From Marsupella aquatica (lineage: Eukaryota > Plantae > Marchantiophyta): a stretch of 64,000 bases of DNA. The number at the start of each line of letters is the position of its first letter. Positions within the stretch are counted from its first letter, which is position 1. The DNA is taken from positions 20,510,754 to 20,574,753 of the forward strand of contig OZ316896.1 of the NCBI GenBank assembly GCA_973895155.1, written 5' to 3'. The notes below the pieces were generated by a model. It was not told the DNA's origin, did no database searches, and was given only the letters and a program-made list of their open reading frames with translations. The translations under genes were made by a program, and so were the position numbers. This document shows, piece after piece, positions 1-13,054 of this stretch.

Positions 1-2343
1 CAGAACGTTACTGGCGCTGAAGTGCCGTCTACGTCCAAAACGACATCGCAGCCTGTGCAATCAGCTGGTGAATCGGAAGAACCAGAGGGGCCACCTGACG
101 GGCCGGACGCGTGGCGTTGGTACCTGAATGTAAGCACTACTCATGTACCGAGTCACTTACTCACTTTGAGTGCCTAGACTGTGTATAGATGCCAATATTT
201 GTAATACTTACCTGTCCGTAAGCAGTTAAAAACTTAATTTCAGCATCTAAATAGTTTCTCGCCTGTGTCCACTTTATGACGGGTGATTGCTTTGAGTACG
301 ATCGTGAATTCACATTTTCATGAGCGACATTCTGTAAGTCTTTAGATTGTATGATGATCGGTCCTTTTACTTTTTTCCAGCCTCCTGATGGTATCTACAG
401 TCTAAACTCTTCGTGGGTATTAATTTGTGCGACTGCTATGCCCTCTACAGGAAATGGATAGGAGAATTCGAGAACCCCTTTCAAGGCAGTTGAGAGATGT
501 GCAGGACGTCGTCATTTCGAAGATTGAGGAACAGACGGAACTTTTGCTTCAACATATTGCGGCGAGCTTGGATGATATGCAGATGCTCCACCAAAAGATG
601 CAAAGCACTCTGGTGGAGAAAATGGACGAACTCATGGGGTCCGTTGCAGAGTTGCAGGATATACCCGGTTTGCCTTACTTTTCAGACAAAGGCGTGAACT
701 TGCAGCAACGGTTGGTGGCTTTCCTGCAAATCGGAGAACCCATCAAGCTGCATTTCATGTGCGAAAGTCCAAACCAACCTCACTATGTCGAGGATCAAGA
801 GGGTCTGTCCTTGGTCAGCTTGTTGCCGGGGTAAGCACATGCACTCACTTTCCTTCGAGTTTATTCCATAACAAGAAGAAGTAACGGACAAAAAGACAGT
901 GCTTCAGAAATCTCGGAAACTTGGGTTCTGATGTTTGTTAGCAGTAAATTTCCAACTGTTTCAATTATATTATTGCATGAAATTTCGGATCCCAGGGGCC
1001 AGATCCGATTATACACCTCCATTGGACAGACTAAAGTTATAAGTTTGATATCGGAGAATTCCTTGACAGTTGGGTTCAGTGTCATAGGGGAACCTTTTTG
1101 TTCTGAAGCTTAATTTATGTTGCCTGTGTCTAAACTTAGATTACTATCTTCTGTAATGAAGGTGAGTTGTTCAAGTGCAACCTCCCTAGAAGCCAACCCC
1201 AATTTTATCAGCAGTGACTACGTCCGAATTATAGATTACCCGTTAAACAGTGGAGTCGAGCTTAATCTCGCATCAAAATTTCTGAATCTGTGCTCGCACT
1301 CTGTCAGGGACACATACAAAAAGCTGAGGCCCCTTGTATTGGGCTCTCTCAAGATCTTGTTCATTCTGGCGAAAGTTGGGCTTCATGTTGCTGCTGGCAT
1401 CGGGAATGCAATCCCCGACTTTTCATCGTGGCCTGGAGCTGCGCCACTGCTTGTTACGAGTTTGACCGGAACTGATATCATGGACAACATCAAGGGATCC
1501 ATGTTGGATTGCAAGCAAGTTGACAGTACTCTGGCAGAGGCATGGGGAATTATACAGGTAAAGAGACTCTACTTTCCCCCTCGCTAATTCAAATCCTTCT
1601 TGCAGTCAGTTTTAGATTTGTTCGATCTTCTACACCAGTGCACCTTTTCGCCCTCTGAACCGCCAAACAAATCAAATGGGGAGAAAACTTTGCTGTTGCG
1701 TTTCCCACCATCACTCCATGTGTCGACAAATGTTTACAGATCAACAGACACGCCAGATCCAAGCTGCCGACCGTCAGTGTTAGCAAGAATAGGGGTCGCC
1801 AAACCAACCCGCCCGGAAACCCACCATGATCCGCGACCGAGACCCATTAGAAAGTATGAATGCACAATTTCTGGAATGGAGGTCAGCTTGGAGGGACTTG
1901 GTGGGGTTGTCGACTTTCAATCATGGCGGCATGGAAATTCAATTCCTGGAATTGAACGTTTCTCTCTACATGATCTGGGGAGGCTTGGCCACCAATACTG
2001 TTGGAATGCTCTCAATGTTTCCGACAGACTAGGCCTGATCATAGGCTCCCTAACTTCAAATCTACCAGATTGAAGCAGGAAACTAAGACCATATGTTAGA
2101 TTGAGCTGGTTGGATCGTTAAGTGGGGCGATGAGTTCATAAAGTCTCGGATTTGATATTTGTTCAGGACGTGATGGCACCCTTGAAGGCGCATGGACAAA
2201 TCTCAGAGAAATTTCAACTTTATCAAGTGCAGTACAAATCTAAGATGCTCGCCAGATATCTGAAAGGGACAAAACGGAGGTGCTTCTGGGTTTGCCAAAA
2301 ATGTCGAACTGAAGCAGACCTGGCTAATTTGCTACTGCAGTGA
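1..2343 (+). CDS. TORNADO1/ROCO C-terminal-like protein, paralog A (5' part outside window). Exons ~<1-129, 451-830, 1308-1557, 2167-2343
   Basis: GT-AG junctions keep the frame (phases 0, 2, 0). Motif LPYFSDKG...IKLHFMCE..PHYVEDQEG followed by KVGLHVAAGIGNAIPD and C-terminal FQLYQVQY...WVCQKC resembles the TRN1 C-terminus. Confidence 0.65.
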
Positions 2344-2811
2344 AGCCCAGCAACGTAAAATTGGATTCTTCATGTATTAATCATATGTTTTGACGTCTTG
2401 GAGTAGGTGACTGGCCGTTTGATTAAAATTTATGTGGTGAGCTTTGTGTGCTTTGCACCCTTTCTCGGGTTTTTTTTTGTTTAAGTAAAAATGTTTTTCA
2501 ACGGAAGAATGTTATTGATTTACGTAGTTCCCATTCTCGGGATCAAGAGGGGAGACATTATCTTTCCATCCAAGTGTTCGTGTTTTTGCCTCCAATGAGC
2601 TTTCCATTTATATCACAGAACGAGGAAATCAAAGAACAAAGAGTGGGACCTAAAAGAGCCACACTCTCTAAAGTGGATGTTGAATGACCTACCCACCCTG
2701 AGAAAACCAGACTGACACTTATCTTCCCATCAAAGTGTTCATGTTTTGCCTCCAATGAATTATCCATCCATCCATTTATTTTACTTATAAAACCCCAATT
2801 ACAAACTAGAG

Positions 2812-3330
2812 TTGGGGTCTAGGCTTTACTTAGAGTGAGTGAAACCTCTAGACCGTAATTCCATGGTTGAGTGAAACCTCTAGACCGTAATTCCATGGTT
2901 CATCATATATGTGGATGGAAAAATTGATGACTATGATGTATGTTAAATGATAATCATGCATATTTTTTTATCATGATATCTATTTGCATTACAAAATGAG
3001 TTCTATGGCCCCACCATAACATATGTGCATAGAAATAGAGATATGCATAGAAAAGAATATGGTATATTATGTATGATTATTAAAATGATGACATTGATGA
3101 TGATTTTCTTTTTATTCAAAGAATGTGAGTAAGGTATACTAGCTAGCCAGACTACCTGTTCCTTGAAAGTAAATAGATTTGAAAAAAAATGAAAAAAAAC
3201 CTACATTCTTTTGCATTATCTTTGCATACCTAATTATTTTGGTGCACTTTTTAGATTTGTCTTATTCATAGTCAATATACATTTTATTTGAGTTACGTTC
3301 TAGAGGTTTCACTCTAGACCGTAGCCCTTA
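2812..3330. mobile_element. MITE-like element (Tourist/Harbinger-like) with AT-rich interior
   Basis: GAGTGAAACCTCTAGACCGTAA (~2838) is inverted as TTACGTTCTAGAGGTTTCACTCT (~3293-3315). Right end reads ...GTAGCCC-TTA. A ~32-bp tandem duplication lies at 2838-2900. Related ends occur at ~38846-38890 and ~39778-39800. Confidence 0.55.
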
Positions 3331-5569
3331 AAAGTAGTTTTTGTTTGCAATTATGTAGTAAGATATATCTTGGTAATATTTTTATTGTCCTCCTCTCTAT
3401 ACATGTTCCAAAGAATGGGTAGTCGGGGCTAGTATCATAAAAAGAGAATATCAAATTACAAAAAGGGGGACCTAAAAAAGCTGCACTCCCTAACAAGGAA
3501 GTTGAATGATCTGCCCACCCCCATAAGAGCAAGGACATTGAGGGTGAAGACAACTATCACAAAAAAACCTGATATATGAAGTCAAACCAGGTTTGGGAAG
3601 AGTTTAGACTCTGGGACCTACGTAAACGTGGGTACCAGAGTTTAATCTCTAAGTCACTCTCAGTCTGGGATCAAGCAAGGACAAATTGGGACATTGGTCC
3701 ATCCAAGCGTTCTAAGACAACAGGAGTGCGCATCAACAGGTAATATATGAGCACAGGGTCACTCTAAAGCCATCAATTTCTGAAGGGGTGATCTCCTGGT
3801 TGTAAGCAACTCGTCTATCACCAGTCCAGTCATTCAGGACGAGTCATGTGATACAAATTTTGGAAGAACTTGGACCTGACCATGATCATTTTGGAAGCTT
3901 GTGGCCCACTTGACCGTTAGTCCAACATTCCAAATCTGGAAAGGTGGGAATCAATGATGGTGGTTGGATTTAAAAAAAAAGTTCCCTGCCTCATGATCTC
4001 TAAATTATCTCTACAACCTCACCCTGCAAGTATAATGCGAGCAAACTGAATGGAATTTTGATAGCAATGAGTGTTGTTAGAGAGTCACTAGTGGCTATAA
4101 ATTTCTTTTGATTTTTGCTACCTTTCATAATTTTAGTGTTTTTTTAAGGCTCTAGATGGCTAGCCAGTTAACCACCCTGGTAAGATACTCAAAAGACCTT
4201 CCAGAGGGATTGGGCACAAATTAGAGAATTCAGTCTTTCTGATTGCATTCGAGATAGATATGGAAATTGGTGTTGCTATCTGTGGCTAGCGCATCACCTG
4301 CTTCCTCCAATTTCGTCAAATTCTTTAGGACTACTTTCCTTCGACAACACAGCCGCGCATTTACCGATTCATTTGAAACTTGGCAATGTAAATTGAGGAT
4401 AAATGAGGAGCAACAATCAGACGAGCAATCAGAACTGAGTGCATTGGAATACAGCCCTTTGAGTGTGGTTATTACTCGACTTGAGAGTATTCCCAAGAAA
4501 TGGAATCCTCTGAATTTCTGTTTTTAGTTGATTCGACAGTTCCAATCAACGATTCTGCATCTACGAACATGTGCATGAAGGAAAATCTGAATCATATGCA
4601 TCTAAAAATGACCTCCTAAGCTCAATATTGGCACAGGTCTGCAAACCATTTCTTCCAGCATTTACTGACAAGCAAACGATTTTGAGCAATAGCCGGAGAA
4701 GCTGTGGCATCAATGTCTGTTAGCTTCAGGGTACGTAGAGCCGATATGAGTTTACACAATTGGTTCGCATGTAACTGTAGAAGTACTCGGACTTCTATGT
4801 CATGTAGTGTTGAATAACATGGAAGGGAAATAATCCACGTTTCAGAGGGGGCATCGTCTCCTTCGGGCTTCCTCTCTCTCAATGTGGCTCAGGGTGTCTC
4901 TCGGTCTTGCATCTCCTCGATCACGTGGCTCCAACCCTCTCACCACCTGCGCCAACCAAGCGAAGATCTGATGACACAATTGAAAAAACAATCCTGTCAC
5001 TTCCAACCCTGCGCCTACACTCTTGATTACCAAGCAGCGCAGTGCTCGACCCAATTCTGGATTCATTTTTTAAGGTTTCTTTATTTTTCTTGTGGTCTCT
5101 CTGTCTCTTCCTCGAGAGGGGGTGTTGGAACCTCTCTGCTCGTGTTCCACTTGTTTCGAGTAAGATTGAAAGGTTAGGGCTTCTGCCTCTTATGCTGATT
5201 TACCGGGCTGCTCCCCAGCTGCTGTGAGGTTTAGTTTTCCGGCCCTTAACTCCACAGATGATAATAAAGAATTGACACAGGATTTTGTGGAAAAACCTCC
5301 TCATCAGGCTTACGGCATACAAAGCGGAGACGTGCAGAACCAAGGGCTCGAAATTTGGCAGCCCTTGAGGTCCTGTCCTTTGAAATCAGTCCTTTGAAAT
5401 CATTATAAAAGAGACAACAGAGACAAGAAATGACAAAGAAAAAAATAAAAAATTAGAGCCAAGGAAAGGACTTGTGTATCTTAGATATTTTCTGGTACCT
5501 CACACATGCGAGAGCTCACTTGTGTCTCAGTTCAATTTAGGGTTTCTTTTGAGCGTGCATATCGCCTCT

Positions 5570-5895
5570 GCTCCCATGTTGTGAGGTTCAGCCTCTGTTT
5601 TGTGAGCTTTCATTTCCCCTCTCCCCAGTTGCCTCTGCCGCGTATAGTCCGTCCGTCATCAGCGCGATTACCACGCATTTCGTTTGCAATACAATCTTGA
5701 GGCGAAGTGCGTCGAGAGGCTGTGCTTGTGCGCTCCCATGTTGTGAGGTTCAGCCTCTGTTTTGTGAGCTTTCATTTCCCCTCTCCCCAGTTGCCTCTGC
5801 CGCGTATAGTCCGTCCGTCATCAGCGCGATTACCACGCATTATTCGTTTGCAATACAATCTTGAGGCGAAGTGCGTCGAGAGGCTGTGCTTGTGC
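5570..5895 (+). repeat. Near-perfect 162-bp tandem duplication upstream of paralog B
   Basis: GCTCCCATGTTGTGAGG...GAGGCTGTGCTTGTGC occurs at 5570-5731 and again at 5732-5895. Confidence 0.95.
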
Positions 5896-5946
5896 TGTCA
5901 AAGGAAGAAGAAGGCAGTTCGGAAGGAGTACTGGACGCAAGCGGTG

Positions 5947-8900
5947 ATGGAAAAGGAACTTAAGTCGCATGAACCGGGAGGTCTGGACCACGGTTTCGAT
6001 TTCGCGCGAGACTGCATCCCAACTCATTGGTCCAACAATATCTTGCTACAGGAGCCCGCGGCATATTATATCGCGCACTACCATCGCGAGGGAGTGACGC
6101 AAGCAGATATGAAGTGGAGAGAATGTCAAGCTCATTCAGACGGCTCTTCCCCCTATCCCTGGCCAAATAGGGAAGAGCATGTTAAGTTCCTTTCTCGCGC
6201 ACCATTGTTGAAATTATCCATTTTGATGACTGAATATGAAGGTTGTGATGGTGGCTCGTCCTCCACTCCCATGGCAGTCATCGCAAAGAGTGTCAAGCCA
6301 TACTTCCGAATCATTCATGAAATCACTTTTCGAGCCGCATGAATTGGAAGATTGTGATGACAGCTCGTCAGCCACTTCCATGCCAGACAACTTGGAGTGT
6401 GTCAAACGGGGATATATCCAGACAGGTACTTGCGCGGAAGTGCCACCTACGTTCGGCATGTTACCTTGGTCTGAGCAACGCGGCCTGTGTCAACACGAAT
6501 CACCAGAGGGGGCACCTGACGGGCCGAACGCTTTACTTGGGCGATACGGTCAATCGGAAATGGATAGGGGCACTATAGTAATCGGTTCACCGGGGCACTA
6601 TTCTTCGATGCTTAAGGAAGAGACAAATGTTTTGCGCACACATATAGGTACCTGCTCGAAGGGTATTCAGCTGGTTCAGCAGAAGATCGCAAACACTGTG
6701 ATAGAGAAATTGGACGAACTCAAGGGGCCCGTTGCAGGGTTGCAAGATACAAATGTTTTGCGCACACATATAGGTACCAGCTCGGACGGTATGCAGATGC
6801 TTCACCAGATTGTGGCAAACATTCCGACGGAGAAAGTGGACGAACTCATGCGGCTCCTTGCAGAGGTTCAGGATATGCCCGCTTTGCCTCACTTTTCAAA
6901 GAAAGGCGTGAGCTGGTGGCAACGATTGATGGCTCTCGTGCAATTCGGAGAACCCATCATGCTGAAGTGCAAGTGCGAAAATCCAATCGAACCAATCGGA
7001 CCTCACGATGTCGAGGATCAACAGGGTCTGCCCTTAGTCAAGCTGTTTTCGGGGTAAGTACATGCACTTACATTCCTTCGAGTTTTAACAAGAAGTATTT
7101 ACGGGCAAAGAGACAGCTACTGTAGTGATGCTCAGAAATCTTGGAAACTTACGTTCTGATGTTTGTTAGCAGTAAATTTCCAATTGATTCTCTCAGCTAC
7201 TCAACTGGAATACAAGTTCCTCAATGCTAAATAGCTAATCTACAAAATGGACCCTACCACCAGGTGTCCCTATAAGGGTAGTGACACTTCATATGTGTGT
7301 CACTAGAATAGTCGTGACACTTCAGCCTGAAGAGTCACTTCTGACGGGTCACAAGTAACACCTATGGTAGAGATTAGATCTTACTCCTGTGCTACAAAGA
7401 GCACATGGATTGATACTAATTAAGTATAGCTAATCAGCAATTGTGCTAATAGAAAGTAATTTCTAACATACCCCCCCCCCAATTGATGATTGCTCATCAA
7501 TCAGGTTAGACTAATCCTAAAGGTGAACTATGTTTCTCATGAAGTCCTTTAGGAAGAGCCTTGGTAAAAATGTCTGCCACCATGTCTTCAGTAGGCAGAT
7601 GTGAAATTGTAATTTCACCACTGGTTATCTGGTCCTTGATATAGTGATATTGAATATCAATGTGTTTGGACCTGTCATGATGCTTTGCTGATGACGATAG
7701 GGAAATGGTGCTTTGGTTCACAGAAAATTTCTGTGATGTTCTGTGGTTGTCCAATATCATGGAGTAGTCGCCGGAGCCAGATGGTTTCAGTGCTAGTTTT
7801 GCAGAGAGCCATATACTCTGACTCAGTAGAAGAGAGAGCAACTGAACGTTGTTTCTTACTTGTCTAGCTGATTGCTCCACCAGCAAGGAGAAAGCAGAAC
7901 CCCACAGTGGATTTTCGAGAGTCTACAATGTCACCATATGCTGCGTCTGAAAGTCCTTGAAGTGCAAAAGGAGCAGCAAACTTGGTGTAGCAAAGAGAAT
8001 AGGACTTAGTACCATTTAAATAGCGAAAAATTCTCTTAACTGCCTGCCAATGGTCTGGTCCTGGGTTTGACATTAATTGTGCTACAGTGCTAACAGAATA
8101 GGCTATGTCGGAGCGTGAGCATAGCATGGCCCACATCAAGCTGCTGCACTTTGATAAGGAATAGTGTCTAAAACTGAGATAATTATTTTCTGTAATAAAA
8201 GTGAGTTGTTCAAGTGCAAACTTCTTAGAAGCCAACCACAATTCTATTAGCAGTGACCCTGTCCGAATTATAAAGTACCCGTCAAACAGAGGAGTCGAGC
8301 TTAGTCTCGCATCCAAATTTCTGAATCTGTGCTGGAACTCTCTATCAGGGACACAAACAAAATGCTGAGGTCCTTTGTCGAGGTCTCGTTCAATCTGTTG
8401 AAGGTTGGGTTTCATGTTGCTGCTGGCATCGGGAGTGCAATCCCCAATTTTGCATTGTGGCGTGGAGCTGTGGCACTGGTTGGTACTGGTTTGGCCGGAG
8501 ATAAGATCATGGACAACATCAAGGGGTTCATGCCAGATTGCAAGCAAATTGACAGTACAGCCGAGGAAATGCCACGCGGAATTATTGAGGTAAGGAGAGA
8601 CTCTACTTTCCCCCTAGCTGCAGTAGCTAATTCAAATCCTTCTTGCAGTCAATTTTAGCTTGGTAAGAGCATCTACACCAGTGCATCTTTTTAACCCTTT
8701 GAACCGTCAAACGAACCAAATGGAAAGAAAATTTAGCTGTTGCGTTTCCTCCCGGTGCCCGTGTGTCGACAAATGTTTAGAGATCGACAGTCACGGCAGA
8801 TCCAAGCTGCCGACAGTCGGTATTAGCAAAAAGAGCAGACGCCAAACCAGTTTGCCATGATCGACGAGACCCATCTGAAAGTATGAATGCGCAATTTCTG

Positions 8901-9263
8901 GAATGCATCGAGGTCAGCTCGGGGGCTTCGGTGGGGTTATCGACTCTCAATCATGGCGGCATAGAAATTTAACTGCTGTAACAGCTCTATCTAACCTCTA
9001 ATCTTTCAGATTGAAGCAGGACCATCTGTTAACTGAGCTGGTATGATCGCTAAGTGGGGTCATTCGTCCATAACTCGGATTTGATATTTGTTCAGGACCT
9101 GATGGCACCCTTGAAGGCGAATGGACAAATCTCACAGAAATTCCAACTTTATCAAGTGCAATACAAATCTGAGGCGCTTTCCGGAAGTATGTCTCGAACA
9201 AAACGGTGGGTTTGCAAACCATGTATATGTGAAGCAGAAAAGGCTAATTTGTTAGTGCGGTGA
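5947..9263 (+). CDS. TORNADO1/ROCO C-terminal-like protein, paralog B. 5' part frameshifted or of uncertain start; 3' exons ..-7053, 8349-8589, 9096-9263. Possibly a pseudogene
   Basis: Same exon junctions and peptides as paralog A (LPHFSKKG...CENPI..PHDVEDQQG; KVGFHVAAGIGSAIP; FQLYQVQYKS..WVCKPC). ORFs 5707-6342 and 6236-7057 overlap out of frame. Internal 126-bp repeat (TNVLRTHIGT x2). Confidence 0.6.
7164..8150 (-). mobile_element. Truncated Ty1/copia remnant (end of RT, RNase H, PPT, putative 3' LTR) in an intron of paralog B
   Basis: Peptides SLMWAMLCSRSDIAYSVS..PGPDHWQAVKRIFRYL, SDAAYGD..SRKSTVG and RSKHIDIQYHYIKD..DMVADIFTKAL, with a stop and a frameshift. Poly-G PPT on the minus strand at 7471-7480. 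TGTTAG...CTAACA-bounded segment at 7164-7468. Confidence 0.85.
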
Positions 9264-10025
9264 AACATATCACCGTCGGGATAAGGATTCTTAAACCATT
9301 AATCACCTGGTTTGACCTCTTCGAATAGGTGACTGGCCATTTGATTAAAATTTATGTAGTGAGCTCTGGGTGCTTTCTCAGGTTACACTCTCGGAATTAA
9401 TAGGGGAGTCATTGTATCTTCCCATGAGAGTGGTCATGCTGTTGCCTCCAAGGAGTTTTCCACTTATGTACATAAATTCAAAGTACAAAGAGGGGGGCAA
9501 AATAGTGCTACACTCCCCAAAGGGCATGTTGAATGACCAACCCACCCCCAGAAGAGTAGAGACATTGAGGGTGAAGACAATCGAGTCTCTCTTGAGTCTC
9601 TCTTTGGAATCAAGCAAGGACAATGTAAGACCTAGGTCCATCTAAGTCTTTTAAGACAATAAATACATCAACAGGTACTACATGAGCACATGTTCACTCT
9701 AAGGCCATCTGTTCCTTAGAATTTACCCTTAATCATGGCTTATTTGTTCCTTTCAAATCTTATCACCCGTGTAGTTGAAAAAGTTGGAGTACTACCAAAT
9801 GTACTTTATATCTGAGTTTTGGCTTTAGCTCACATTCTGAAGGTGTGACCTCATGGATGTAAACAACTAGTCTGTCCCCAGTCCAGTCCTTCATTACAAG
9901 TCATCTGACACAAATTGAGCATGATCATTTTGGAAGCTTGTGCAACAGCTTACCTTTACTCTAGTCATCCCAAATCTGAAAAAGGTGGGAATTAATGGTG
10001 GCCTTTAGGTTTCTCTTAATCTGCT

Positions 10026-10846
10026 GTTTACTAACCTATCCCCCAAACTACCTAATATTATTAACATGGTTCCAAACAAAATTAATTATCAACCCATCCC
10101 CCAATTTGTACACCGGTCAGTATTAACTTGTATACAGGTTTATGTTGCCATGTGGCAACTCACTATTGGTTATCCTTAACCCTCTGCCATCCCTCGGGTA
10201 CACTTCCCCGCTTCGTTTTTGTGAGTAAAAATGAGCCAGCGCCAAAAGTGTCAGGATTTTGTGAGCCAGTGTGGAGCAAAAAATGACATATTTTTGCCCC
10301 TCCCGGACCTACAACTATGCCATGCAAGGGGGGAAGGGGGCTGAGGGGGTGCAGGCAAGTTAAGGCTAGCCAATACTGAGTAGCCACATGGCAACCAACC
10401 CATATCTACAACTATAATAAGGGATCCCGCCTTTTTTTGTCCTTCGTCCCCATACAAAAAAGCTCCTGGGCGGGAAAGCTCCATAGCTGTTGGATTTTAT
10501 TAGCTGTTTTTGCTAGCCATTGATGATAAAAATGTACACCCCTATCATATATTTGCTTCCCGTTGCCCGTAATGCCCCGGCCAATCCCTGTGGGCCTGCC
10601 CTCCTTGTACGCAAAGCACTGGCATAGGGTTCGTACTACTTAATATACTAAATGGGGGATGGAGTTTTATATGGGGGCATGTTATAGTAGTAATATCAGG
10701 GGGGTGCAGGCAAGTTAAGGCTAGCCAATATTGAGTTGCCACATGGCAACGAACCCATATACTTGTTAATATACCAAATGGGGGATGGAGTTTTATTTGG
10801 GGGACATGCTAGTAATATGGGGTAGTTTGGGGGATAAATCAGTAAA
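10026..10846. mobile_element. Non-autonomous foldback/MULE-like element with ~150-bp degenerate terminal inverted repeats
   Basis: TATCCCCCAAACTACC...GTTGCCATGTGGCAACTCACTATTGG (10037-10180) is the reverse complement of ~10715-10840. The right-arm sequence is also duplicated at 10345-10695. Confidence 0.55.
10405..10633 (+). mobile_element. Non-autonomous mini-Helitron, copy 1
   Basis: Starts A|TCTACAACTATAATAAGGGATCC and is homologous over ~225 bp to 36360-36582. 3' end is degenerate (TAGGGTTCG|T). The adjacent repeat copy at ~10750 shows the empty site CCCATA|TACT. Confidence 0.75.
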
Positions 10847-11420
10847 ATGCTGTTTACCCATATTTGGCCGCACTCTTCGACTGTCCTGTCCTGTACTATA
10901 TCGATTGACCGAATTCCGCCCCCCACTTTTCACGGGTCCTTCATCGAGAGAAGATGGTCATGAGATTACATTGTAGAGCTACAGCTCTCGCTATTCTCCG
11001 TCATCGGGTCTCTGCTCTGACCAATTGGCTCAATTTGCCCATTCTTTCGACAGCTTTCTGAAGTCCTCGACCGGAAGCAGAACGCCAGCAGCCCATCGGA
11101 TTGGGGGCACGAAATGTAGCACTGCCGAGAAGAAGAAGTAGAAGTAAAAGCTCGAGCAAAGACGGGTGTAGTGAGTATCGTTTCGTTGGGTGGGAACGCC
11201 TCGCTCCAATCCGGGCGTACGTGTAGGGAAGGGTTTAGGGCAAGTCAGGCTGGAGCAGAAATTTGATTGTGATTACTCTTATTGCGGAGCATTCGAGCTT
11301 TTGGGAAGGCATTCTAGTAGAGGGGCGGTGGGGATTTGAATTGGGTCTGGACAGCAGGGAGTGAGAACCCTCGAGGTGTAATAGCAATTTAAGCGAAAGT
11401 AGCAGGAGCAACAACAGAGA

Positions 11421-13054
11421 ATGGATGGGGCAGGGCAGCCTCGGCCTGCCACCACCGTGCAGCAGTCAATGGACGAGGTCGGAGCGTCGGTGCAGCGTGC
11501 GTTAGCCCTGTTGCATCAACTGCACTGCTCAGTCAGCAACTTCACCGCGCCTTCTCAGCTGCATCTTCTCGAACGCCTGTAATAACTTCACCCCAAAGCC
11601 TCCAGTAGTTCTTTTCATTACCTTCGTTGGGAATGGATGAGGAGTCAATCCTAAGCCAGAATTTTCTAACCGAAAGATTACAATTTCTAGGGCCAATTCT
11701 AATTTTGTAGACACCTTTCAAAAAGTTTTGTTTGTGTGGGATCAGTAAGACAATGTGCAGGCGCCCGTTTCTGCTTTGAAGTAACTCGTGACATGTATTC
11801 ATGATGGCTGCCTTACTGCAGAAATAGTGTTCAAAACGAGCTAATGACTATGAACGCCTCTGCCCAAAACTGCAATATACCCATCCCAATTGAAGTTGTG
11901 CGGTAAGTTGATCATCTCCTCAACAATGCATTGAACGGTACGGTCAGTTGCATGGAAAATCAAACTGAAACCAGTCAAACGGCTAAAGTGTCATGTCCCT
12001 GGGCACCTGAGTTGGCACTACACCGGTCTGGGCGTGCGGCATGATTTCACCATGACCACAGCCGTCGAAATGGGTCCTGGAGTATATTTTGAACATGCCC
12101 TCAGGTTTTCTGGAATTGAAGAGAATCTTCCCTCTCACCATCCCTTACAAAGTTCCTCTGGTCGTCGACCATATGTTAGCAGTTGAGCCCTCTTTGCATT
12201 TGAGAAATCTTGGGGCTAGATATATGTGTCAATAACAGACGTCTAGCCACAGAAGAGCCGTCCTATCCATTTCATGCAATATAGCTGATTTGGATTACGA
12301 AAAATGAGTCCCCGCCAATGCACTTTTAGGTTGTAGTGATGTATGATTGTTTCTTGCAAAGTTTCAATGCCTTCTGTTGTCATATTTTCAAGTTGCTGTG
12401 ATTTGTAATGAGAGGCTTGGTCTTGCAGGTTTATTGATGATGGGCGTAATCCAGATGAATTCACCAAAGATCTCCTCAATAGTTGCGTACAACGGAACCA
12501 AGCCACAAAAGGAAAAGTGGAAGCTTTTAAGGTCCTGCGAAACTCACTCTTCCCGTAAAGTTTGGGTCTAGGTTATACTGCTCTTCTGCTTCTGTCTTCA
12601 GAAATGCCTCTATTGCTTGTATGGGGCATCGAGACATGCATGATTGTACTGATAAGTAGTTGTGGTACTGCAGTCTTTAAGAAAGAATTTGCTGGAAGAG
12701 ATTGAGGATGCTTTTCCAGAAGAGACTGAAGCTTATCGTCTCATTCGAACGCAGGCAGCTTCGGTAAGATACACCATATGCTATTCTTTTATGAAGGTTT
12801 GGTACAGTAGTTTGAGGTTTTGAGAGAGCATGTATGAACATATCATTTTAGGTTGGTGGAGATAGCATTTCTTACTTTGCACTTTTCATGGAACTGCTTT
12901 GGAACTCTAAAAGCTTGCTGATGTTTTTCTGGAGAAGGTATTTAAGCTTTGCAGCAGACCTTAGAAGTTTTCTTGTGTGCAGGAAGCCCGAAGGGCTCAA
13001 CAAGCGCCAATACAGTTGTCGAATGGAGATTTGAAGGTCAAGTCCGAGCACTAA
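11421..13054 (+). CDS. MED10: Mediator of RNA polymerase II transcription subunit 10. Exons 11421-11578, 11822-11902, 12429-12531, 12674-12763, 12983-13054
   Basis: Spliced product MDGAGQ...LLERLNSVQNELMTMNASAQNCNIPIPIEVVRFIDDGRNPDEFTKDLLNSCVQRNQATKGKVEAFKSLRKNLLEEIEDAFPEETEAYRLIR...VKSEH* contains the Med10 IDDGxNPDEFT..NQxTKGK signature. All introns are GT-AG and in frame. Confidence 0.93.

Noticed and set aside
4230-5230. Cluster of short ORFs, possibly a decayed transposase or gene
   Set aside because: No motif I can identify with confidence, and multiple stops in all frames.
7864-8547. 227-aa minus-strand ORF as a novel fusion gene
   Set aside because: It is the antisense of a paralog B exon/intron running by chance into the copia RT remnant.
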